A stretch of DNA of 64,000 bases, from IMG/VR virus record IMGVR_UViG_3300032219_000873. One strand, written 5' to 3'. This document shows positions 57,175 through 64,000 of this stretch, piece after piece (the first letter of the stretch is position 1; each line of letters starts with the position of its first letter). The notes beneath the pieces were generated by a model that saw only the letters and a list, made by a program, of their open reading frames with translations, was not told the DNA's origin and did no database searches. This DNA comes from an uncultured virus (IMG/VR IMGVR_UViG_3300032219_000873). Taxonomy: Duplodnaviria > Heunggongvirae > Uroviricota > Caudoviricetes. The position numbers were made by a program, and so were the translations under genes.

Positions 57175-58425
57175 ATGGCGTACGACAACGAGTATCGGTT
57201 AGTTAGCAAAGTAATTGCTGACCGAGTAATCATCCCTGTTATTGAGCAGGGCATCAGCGACGACTGGATTGTGGATGACGACCTACGTCGTATCTGGAAG
57301 TTCGTTCGTGAGCACTATGCCAACTATCGTGAAGTGCCGTCCATTATTGCCGTCACAGATAACTTCCCTAACTTCCGAGCCATCAAGGTTGAGGACAGTC
57401 TTGAGTACCTAATTGACAAGATGGTTGAGTTCCGTCGCAATCGTTTGACCCGAAATGGTCTAGAGACAGTTGTCGACCGCATGACTCAGAATGACCACGA
57501 GTCTGCACTGACTGAGATGAGTAAGACCATTACGTTGGTCAACGCTCAAGGTGTCGTAGGTACAACTCACATTGACGTCACTAAAAACTCAGACAAGTTT
57601 TGGGAAGCCTACGAGACACTGCAGAGCAATAAGCTTCTTGGAGTACCTACTGGGTTTGAGAAGATTGACGAAGCAACTGCAGGTTTGCAAGGCGGTCAGT
57701 TAATCACCATGATTGCTCCTCCTAAAACAGGTAAGTCCCAGATTGCTCTTCGTATGGCTGCTAACGTTCACGAGGCTGGCTTGGTCCCTATGTACCAGTC
57801 GTTTGAGATGAACAACCATGAGCAGGAGCAGCGCTACCTGTCCATGGCATCACATGTCTCAAGCAATCGTTTGCGTCGTGGCCAGCTAACTGCTTCTGAA
57901 GAAGACCGTGCGCGTAACTTTACAGAAGACTTAAAAGACAAGCACCCACTCCACTTTGTGGATGCCATTAACGGCTTGACTATTGACTCGCTAGTAGCCA
58001 AGGCAGAGCAGCTAAAACCAGACGCTCTATTTGTCGACGGCGTATATTTGATGCTAGACCAAGTTACTGGTGAGGCAAACACTCCACAGGCGTTGACCAA
58101 CATCACTCGTGGACTGAAGCGTGTTGCTCAGAAGCTAGACATTCCTGTAGTTATTACAACTCAGACACTTCTGTGGAAGATGCGTGGCGGAAAAGTGACC
58201 GCAGACTCTATTGGTTATTCGTCTTCGTTCTTCCAAGACTCTGACGTAATCCTTGGTCTTGAGCCAATTGAGGAAGACGAGAACATGCGTCTGCTAAAGA
58301 TTGTTCAGTCACGTAACTGCCCACCAAGCGAAACTTCGATTACTTGGAACTGGGATACAGGCTGTTTCCACGATGAGTCCAAGGCATCTACTTGCAAGTA
58401 CTGCTCTCCGTGGGGAATGGTATGA
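57175..58425 (+). CDS. dnaB: DnaB-like replicative helicase
   Basis: GVPTGF..ID, APPKTGKS, SFEM, FVDGVYL, QDSD. Confidence 0.93.
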   Translation: MAYDNEYRLVSKVIADRVIIPVIEQGISDDWIVDDDLRRIWKFVREHYANYREVPSIIAVTDNFPNFRAIKVEDSLEYLIDKMVEFRRNRLTRNGLETVVDRMTQNDHESALTEMSKTITLVNAQGVVGTTHIDVTKNSDKFWEAYETLQSNKLLGVPTGFEKIDEATAGLQGGQLITMIAPPKTGKSQIALRMAANVHEAGLVPMYQSFEMNNHEQEQRYLSMASHVSSNRLRRGQLTASEEDRARNFTEDLKDKHPLHFVDAINGLTIDSLVAKAEQLKPDALFVDGVYLMLDQVTGEANTPQALTNITRGLKRVAQKLDIPVVITTQTLLWKMRGGKVTADSIGYSSSFFQDSDVILGLEPIEEDENMRLLKIVQSRNCPPSETSITWNWDTGCFHDESKASTCKYCSPWGMV

Positions 58426-59429
58426 CCCATAACGTAGAGAAAGCTCTTGAAGCTCTAGAGATTGACTACCAGGACCGTGGGGAGAATGCTCAAGCGGTTT
58501 GCCCAATGCACGAGCGTATTACAGGTGACCCTGACCACAACCCGTCGTGGTTCATCCATCTAACCTCAGGGCAACACATTTGCTTTTCCTGCGGGTACAA
58601 GGGAAACCTAGTCCAGCTTGTCTGTGACATTAAAGAGTTTTACACCCCTTCATGGAATGGGGTTCCTGCTCAGTACGACTACAGCATGGGCAACAAGTGG
58701 TTGGCAGGTGCCATTGAGGTAACCATCGAAGAGCTAAAGCAGGCTCTTGGAAAGATACCTCAGTACATCTCCCCACCCCCTCGCCCAGTCCCTATGTCAG
58801 AAGCACGGTTAGCAATTTACGTATCCCCTCCAGACGAAGCTCTTGAAGCCCGTCAGTTAACACGAGAAGCAGCAACTACTTATGGGGTTCAGTGGAACCG
58901 TAATACTTCCACTTGGATTCTGCCGTTGCGTGATGCGCAACACGCAACACTATTAGGATGGCAAGAGAAGGGCACCGTAGACCGCACGTTTAAGAACCGC
59001 CCAACAGGATTACAAAAGTCTAAGACTTTGTTTGGCGTAGACATTCAGCGTGAGGACATCGCCATAGTTGTAGAATCTCCATTAGACTGTTTAAGAATTT
59101 ATAGTGCAGGATACGAAGGAGCAGTCGCAACCTGCGGAGCTATCGTCAGCGAAGAGCAGGCGAAACTTCTGCGGTATTCAGAGAAAGTAATTGCGGCGTT
59201 TGATAACCCCAACATTGACTCAGCTGGAAAGAAAGCCAGTGACCAAATGCGTACTTGGGCTCGTAAGTTTGGAATGAACTTGTTTTTCTTTAACTACGGT
59301 GACAGCGGTAAGAAAGACCCAGGCGACATGACTAACGAAGAGATTCAGTGGGGTATTGAGAACGCCAAGTCTGCAATACTAGGAGAATCAGCATATGTTT
59401 ACGGGAACTCTCAAGCCATATCAAACTGA
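58422..59429 (+). CDS. DNA primase (Zn finger + TOPRIM)
   Basis: CPMH...HICFSCG, VVESPLD, AFDNP..DSAG, KDPGD. Confidence 0.9.
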   Translation: MTHNVEKALEALEIDYQDRGENAQAVCPMHERITGDPDHNPSWFIHLTSGQHICFSCGYKGNLVQLVCDIKEFYTPSWNGVPAQYDYSMGNKWLAGAIEVTIEELKQALGKIPQYISPPPRPVPMSEARLAIYVSPPDEALEARQLTREAATTYGVQWNRNTSTWILPLRDAQHATLLGWQEKGTVDRTFKNRPTGLQKSKTLFGVDIQREDIAIVVESPLDCLRIYSAGYEGAVATCGAIVSEEQAKLLRYSEKVIAAFDNPNIDSAGKKASDQMRTWARKFGMNLFFFNYGDSGKKDPGDMTNEEIQWGIENAKSAILGESAYVYGNSQAISN

Positions 59430-60948
59430 GGCCGTCGCAAAGATGGTTGAAAACAAGCGCATGCTTGTTGCATATGAAATGGGTCTGGGAAAGACCCCTA
59501 TGACTATCGCTGCAATCGAAGAGCTTGAGGTTGAAGGACCAACCCTTGTATTGTGCCTAGCTTCCCTTAAATACCAATGGCAAAAAGAAGTTGCCAAGTT
59601 CACAGATAAAACCGCCATAGTTATTGACGGAACTCCTAAGCAAAGAGCCGAACAGTACGCTCAAGTCAACGACCACAGCTACACCGTTATGAATTACGAG
59701 CAGATTGTCAACGACTGGGACATTGTCAGGGCTATTCCTTTCAAAGCAATCATCTGCGACGAAGCCACTGCCATTAAAGGCTTCAGAGCTAAACGAGCTA
59801 AAAAAGTTAAGGAACTAGCAAAGCCAATTGCAATCAGGTTTGCTCTAACAGGGACTCCTATTGAGAACGGTAGGCCCGAAGAGATTTACAGCATTATGCA
59901 GTTTGTAGACTCTACTGTTCTGGGTCGCTTTGACTTGTTTGACCAAACGTTTATTGTCCGCAATCACTTTGGCGGAGTCCAGCGCTATCGCAACTTAGCT
60001 ACCCTTCACAAAGTTTTATCTGACCACGCCGTGCGTAAGTCTCAGAAAGATGAAGACGTAAAGCCCTATTTGCCAGACGCTATTTACCGAGAACCATTAC
60101 TTATCTCTCTGGACTCAAAGGCTCAAAAAGTATACGACTACATTTCTACAGACTTATTAGAGCTTCTAATAGATGCGCGTGAAACATTTGGCTCATCGTT
60201 TAACCTGGCTGCACATTACGGGCAGATGTCTGCTGATGACCCCATGAACGAGATGCGGGGGCAAGTCATGTCTAGAATTACCGCCATGAGGATGCTCTGC
60301 TCAAGTCCACAAGTTCTTCAAACCAGTGCTGCAGAGTTTGCTTCTCACTCAGGTAAAGGCAGCGCTTACATCCACTCTTTGGGGGACAGGCTAGAAGAAT
60401 TAAATAAGTCTCCCAAGCTAGACGCCACGATTAGTTATCTACAAGACCACTTAGACATTGACACAAGTTATAAAGCTGTTGTATTCAGCTCCTACATAAA
60501 GTCAGTAGAAGAGATAGTCTCAAGGTTAAATGCTTCAGGTTACGAAGCAGTGGCGTACACAGGAAGGATGAACGCCAGTGAAAAAGAGTCCGCTAAAGTC
60601 CATTTCCAATCTAGTTCAGATTGTCGTGTTCTTGTCAGCAGTGATGCTGGTGGTTACGGCGTGGATTTGCCTCAGTCTAATCTTCTTGTTAATTATGACC
60701 AGCCTTGGAGCGCTGGTCTCGCTGTGCAAAGAAACGGTCGCATCAACAGGGCGTCAAGTACGTGGGCAACTATCACGATTCAAGACATCCTTGTCAAAGG
60801 AAGCATTGAGCAACGACAGTACGACACGCTGAAACAAAAATCTAACATTGCTAACGCTATTCTTGATGGTGAGGGTATAAACTCCAAGGGAGGAGTTGAT
60901 TTGACTGTAGGAAGTCTTATAAGCTTCTTAACGGACAAGTTACTGTAG
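59395..60948 (+). CDS. SNF2-family helicase
   Basis: EMGLGKT, CDEAT, LTGTPIEN, QRNGRINR. Confidence 0.92.
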   Translation: MFTGTLKPYQTEAVAKMVENKRMLVAYEMGLGKTPMTIAAIEELEVEGPTLVLCLASLKYQWQKEVAKFTDKTAIVIDGTPKQRAEQYAQVNDHSYTVMNYEQIVNDWDIVRAIPFKAIICDEATAIKGFRAKRAKKVKELAKPIAIRFALTGTPIENGRPEEIYSIMQFVDSTVLGRFDLFDQTFIVRNHFGGVQRYRNLATLHKVLSDHAVRKSQKDEDVKPYLPDAIYREPLLISLDSKAQKVYDYISTDLLELLIDARETFGSSFNLAAHYGQMSADDPMNEMRGQVMSRITAMRMLCSSPQVLQTSAAEFASHSGKGSAYIHSLGDRLEELNKSPKLDATISYLQDHLDIDTSYKAVVFSSYIKSVEEIVSRLNASGYEAVAYTGRMNASEKESAKVHFQSSSDCRVLVSSDAGGYGVDLPQSNLLVNYDQPWSAGLAVQRNGRINRASSTWATITIQDILVKGSIEQRQYDTLKQKSNIANAILDGEGINSKGGVDLTVGSLISFLTDKLL

Positions 60949-60956
60949 GAGGGAAC

Positions 60957-61397
60957 ATGCCAAAGGCAATCGACGAACCAAGAGAGTTCGCAAATCCAGA
61001 TGATTCAAACTCACAAATTCGTGAGTACATTAAGCTAGCGCAGACTATTGACTCGCTAGAAGAGCGTAAGAAAGAACTGCGCACCAAGCTTTTTGACCTG
61101 CTTGATGCCGAAGGTGAAGAGGATGAGAAGGGCAATGTGCTCTATCACTTCGACTCCCCTATCGAAGGCGTTACCAGACTTGAGAAGCAGCGCCGTGCTA
61201 CTCGTAAACTAGACGAGACTGTCGCAGAAGAAATTATTACAACTCAAAATCTTGAAGACGAGGTCTACAAGATGGTGAGAGTAATCGATGAAGATGCGCT
61301 TATGGCCGCTTTTTATGAGGGCAAGGTCACCGAAGAACAAATTGACCAGATGTTCCCTACCACTGTTGTATGGGCACTGAGAACACCAAAGAAGTAA
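60957..61397 (+). CDS. Hypothetical protein (coiled-coil, Gam/gp157-like size and pattern)
   Basis: GGAGG RBS; IDEDAL. Confidence 0.7.
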   Translation: MPKAIDEPREFANPDDSNSQIREYIKLAQTIDSLEERKKELRTKLFDLLDAEGEEDEKGNVLYHFDSPIEGVTRLEKQRRATRKLDETVAEEIITTQNLEDEVYKMVRVIDEDALMAAFYEGKVTEEQIDQMFPTTVVWALRTPKK

Positions 61398-61408
61398 GGA
61401 GAGTACTT

Positions 61409-61633
61409 ATGGCAGCTACGTCTAAAGTTGGCGACTCTATTTTTATTGGTTACACTTTTACCAAGAGAAATGACGAGACTGAGTGGGTCCCAGAAGTTAC
61501 TATCTCTGATGAGATTGATAACGTATTCGCCACTGTGTACATCAGGGAACCCGACCTTATTGAAGTAATTTCTTTGCTTACGTCTAAACTACAAAAAGCA
61601 AAAAAAGAACTAGCTAAAAACCCTAACTTTTAA
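61409..61633 (+). CDS. Hypothetical protein
   Basis: AAGGAG RBS. Confidence 0.65.
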   Translation: MAATSKVGDSIFIGYTFTKRNDETEWVPEVTISDEIDNVFATVYIREPDLIEVISLLTSKLQKAKKELAKNPNF

Positions 61634-61647
61634 CACAAAGAAGTAAC

Positions 61648-62136
61648 ATGCCAGGAATGCGTAGCGAAGAGGACATCCTCAAAGCGTTTGAGGGTCTGGA
61701 CACCGTTCCAGGCTCGCGTAAGCCACGCCGTCCTGACTCACCTGTCGCACAAAAGAAACGTGCACAAGCTTTCGGGGAGTCTAATGGGTGGGATGAAAAC
61801 CCACTTATTAAAACCCTGAATGGAGTGGAGACAGAGCTGTTTACTGTAGGAGCGCTAGCACAGGCCCTAGAGAAACAGATTGTCACCATCCGACTGTGGG
61901 AGCGAAAGGGATACATCCCCGTAGCTCCTTACAGACTCCGCTCAAAGCAACTGAATGGGCAAAAAGTAAACGGCAACCGTGTTTACACACGGGAACTTAT
62001 CGAAATTACTATCGAAGAGTTTGCAGCTCGTGGACTTTTGGGTTCAGCCCGTGTAGAGTGGAAACTGCTAGGCGATTTAACAGAGGCTCTTGTAGTCCGA
62101 TGGAAGACCGCTGTAGCTAAACCAAAAACCGAGTAA
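61648..62136 (+). CDS. MerR-like HTH DNA-binding protein
   Basis: FTVGALAQAL....TIRLWERKGYIP...RVYT. Confidence 0.8.
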   Translation: MPGMRSEEDILKAFEGLDTVPGSRKPRRPDSPVAQKKRAQAFGESNGWDENPLIKTLNGVETELFTVGALAQALEKQIVTIRLWERKGYIPVAPYRLRSKQLNGQKVNGNRVYTRELIEITIEEFAARGLLGSARVEWKLLGDLTEALVVRWKTAVAKPKTE

Positions 62137-62165
62137 CGTCTCCGATTAGAAAGAACATAACAACT

Positions 62166-62837
62166 ATGGCTATTATTGAGCCCGAAATCGATGCAAACGA
62201 CTACTTCATTAACGATGAGGTAGAGGCAGCCCCTAAGCACGGCACCACCGTGCAGGCAGGTTGGGGTGCCATCACCGCAGTTTCCAAGCCAAAGCGTGAG
62301 GCTGGAGACTACCCTACTGACTTCAAGTTCACCGAGCAGGCTCAGCTTGTCCGCTTTATTGAGGACGAGCCGTTTGCGGTGTACAAGCAGCACTGGGTAC
62401 AGGTACCAAACGACAACGGAGCCGTCTCATGGCGCTCATTCGTATCGCTAGGAGAAGACGACCCGCTAACTGTAATCGCTGGTCTGACCCCACGTGCCAA
62501 AGCTGCATTCAACATCTTGAACCTGTCTTCCGAGACTCCAGAGGTTCAGGTGCTGACTGCTTCTGTAACACTTGCACGCCAACTACAGGCTGCTAACGAG
62601 GACCCCCGCCGTGGACCTCTGAGCAAGTACTACTGGGCAATCTCACGTCAGGGAACTGGCCGTGACACTCAGTACACTGTTGAGCGTGTGCGAGCTTCCG
62701 AGCTCGCTGATGAGTGGGACCTAGACTCAGAGAAGATAGATGCTGTCGCAGCAGTCGCCCCTCGCTACGACGCGAAGTCTATCTACGTCGCACCTTACGA
62801 GGAAAACCTCAAGGTTGCACGCCAGCTCGTAAGCTAG
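62166..62837 (+). CDS. Single-stranded DNA-binding protein (gp32-like)
   Basis: VRFIEDEP...YKQHWV; ISRQGTGRDTQY; sits before the polymerase. Confidence 0.7.
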   Translation: MAIIEPEIDANDYFINDEVEAAPKHGTTVQAGWGAITAVSKPKREAGDYPTDFKFTEQAQLVRFIEDEPFAVYKQHWVQVPNDNGAVSWRSFVSLGEDDPLTVIAGLTPRAKAAFNILNLSSETPEVQVLTASVTLARQLQAANEDPRRGPLSKYYWAISRQGTGRDTQYTVERVRASELADEWDLDSEKIDAVAAVAPRYDAKSIYVAPYEENLKVARQLVS

Positions 62838-62849
62838 GTTACACACCAC

Positions 62850-62900
62850 GGGAGAAGCCACAATTCATCCCTCCTCTCCGTATTGTGGCTTCTCCCTCTT
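62850..62900 (+). ncRNA. Perfect 15-bp hairpin with anti-SD-like loop
   Basis: GGGAGAAGCCACAAT-TCATCCCTCCTCTCCGT-ATTGTGGCTTCTCCC. Confidence 0.6.
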
Positions 62901-62917
62901 AAACTTCATGGGGCATT

Positions 62918-64000
62918 ATGAACATCATTACAACACTTGAGCAGCTGGACGAATTTGTCGCTGCATACTCTAAGGTCGACGGGTTTGCGTTTGACGTAGA
63001 GACAATCGGAGAGCACCGAATTCTTCCCGTCATTAACGACGTGGCATGGATTGCATTTGCTACTGACGGACGTGTAGACGTCATTCCTATGGGCCACCCT
63101 AACGGTGACTTTCAGTTTCACACCAAGCCATTACTTAAAGCTGGTCAGGCACAAATTGCTAAAGGTAAGCCTTTGACCGACGCACACTTTTCAAAGAACA
63201 AGGTGCACTGGAAGCCACAGTTCAGCGAACCACCAGTTCAGCTACTTCCTGGGCAGGTGTTCAAAGCTATTGAGCCTTTAATGTTTGGTCCGCAGTTAAA
63301 GGTTGGGCACAACCTTAAGTTTGACTTGAAGTCCATTGCAAAGTATTACAGGAAGCGAGTTCCTCTAAAGCCCTACTTTGATACTTTGATGGCAAGCTTC
63401 CTAATCAACAACCTCAACCGTTTTGACCTCAGCTTACAGGCTTGTGTGAAGCGTGAGCTAGGCATTGAGATTGTCAAGGGTGTAGGTGAGGACATTTCTC
63501 AGCACTCTTTTGACGACGTAGCTAAATACGCTGCGATTGACGCCGATGTTACTTGGAAGCTTTACCGTGCGTTAGAGCCAAAGATTACTGGCGCATTACA
63601 GCAAGTATGGAAGCTAGAGATGGACGTTCTCCGCTCTCTATGTGATATGGAGCTGACAGGTGCTTACATTGACCAAGAGCAGCTAGACAACTTAGCTGAG
63701 CAGATTAGTGAAGACTTGGAGAAGGCCAAAGCCAAAGCATTTGCAATTGCTGGTGAGCCTTTTGCCATTAACTCTGTTCAGGTTAAGCAGCGCCTATTGT
63801 TTGCCCCAGACCCTGTAACTCAGAAGCCACGCATTAAGCCAAACCCAAAGGTAAAAGTAACGTTTACTCCTAAGGGCCGTGAGATGTTCAACTCTGGAAA
63901 AGACGTTGACCACACAGCCTTCTCTGTATCTGCAGATGCGCTGGAGTTCTACCGTGGTAAAGACCCTCTGGTAGATACTTTGCTAGAGTACCAAGACTTG
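62918..64000 (+). CDS. polA: DNA polymerase family A, N-terminal part (3'-5' exonuclease), truncated by window end
   Basis: Read manually: AFDVET, GHNLKFDL, FDTLMAS, YAAIDADVT, ME.TGAYID, INS..VKQ. Confidence 0.9.
   Translation, partial: MNIITTLEQLDEFVAAYSKVDGFAFDVETIGEHRILPVINDVAWIAFATDGRVDVIPMGHPNGDFQFHTKPLLKAGQAQIAKGKPLTDAHFSKNKVHWKPQFSEPPVQLLPGQVFKAIEPLMFGPQLKVGHNLKFDLKSIAKYYRKRVPLKPYFDTLMASFLINNLNRFDLSLQACVKRELGIEIVKGVGEDISQHSFDDVAKYAAIDADVTWKLYRALEPKITGALQQVWKLEMDVLRSLCDMELTGAYIDQEQLDNLAEQISEDLEKAKAKAFAIAGEPFAINSVQVKQRLLFAPDPVTQKPRIKPNPKVKVTFTPKGREMFNSGKDVDHTAFSVSADALEFYRGKDPLVDTLLEYQDL

Noticed and set aside
12385..60948. Inteins or introns in terminase and helicases
   Set aside because: Lengths and motif spacing look normal and no splice motifs were noticed.
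6345..63121. Numerous minus-strand and nested ORFs in the track
   Set aside because: They are shadows of well-supported plus-strand genes, without RBS or protein-like motifs.
1..64000. Integrase, repressor or prophage boundary
   Set aside because: No recombinase, att site or host housekeeping gene was recognised in this window.

Overview
This window is a large, contiguous piece of a lytic-looking tailed phage genome with a contractile tail (sheath, T4-gp19-like tube, gp25/J-type baseplate). Almost all genes are on the + strand. Order: one divergent early gene and a noncoding inverted-repeat region (1-870); an accessory block of small ORFs, Hsp20, NlpC/P60, tRNA-Leu(UAA) and a stalked lectin (0.9-8 kb); lysis (8-9.4 kb); terminase, portal, scaffold and N4-gp56-type major capsid (12.4-18.6 kb); a ~15 kb modular array of collagen-, Gly-rich and Ig/PASTA virion appendage genes plus a GT2-TPR glycosyltransferase (20-37 kb); about 13 Lys-rich microproteins (36.8-38.9 kb); tail and baseplate (39.4-54.5 kb); and replication (initiator with internal iterons, DnaC-like loader, DnaB, primase, SNF2 helicase, SSB, family A DNA polymerase cut by the window end). 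GAAAGGA-type RBSs, leaderless starts, PASTA domains and a short-arm tRNA-Leu(UAA) suggest an actinobacterial host, possibly a moderate-GC freshwater one (inference). The most unusual signal is RNA-level. An 80-nt tRNA/tmRNA-like element with Ala identity (G3:U70, A73) has its anticodon arm replaced by a loop mimicking the 16S rRNA anti-Shine-Dalgarno tail. Three other intergenic hairpins display the same kind of loop, and an adjacent big-loop hairpin carries stop codons in all three frames. All assignments come from reading the sequence; no searches were run.
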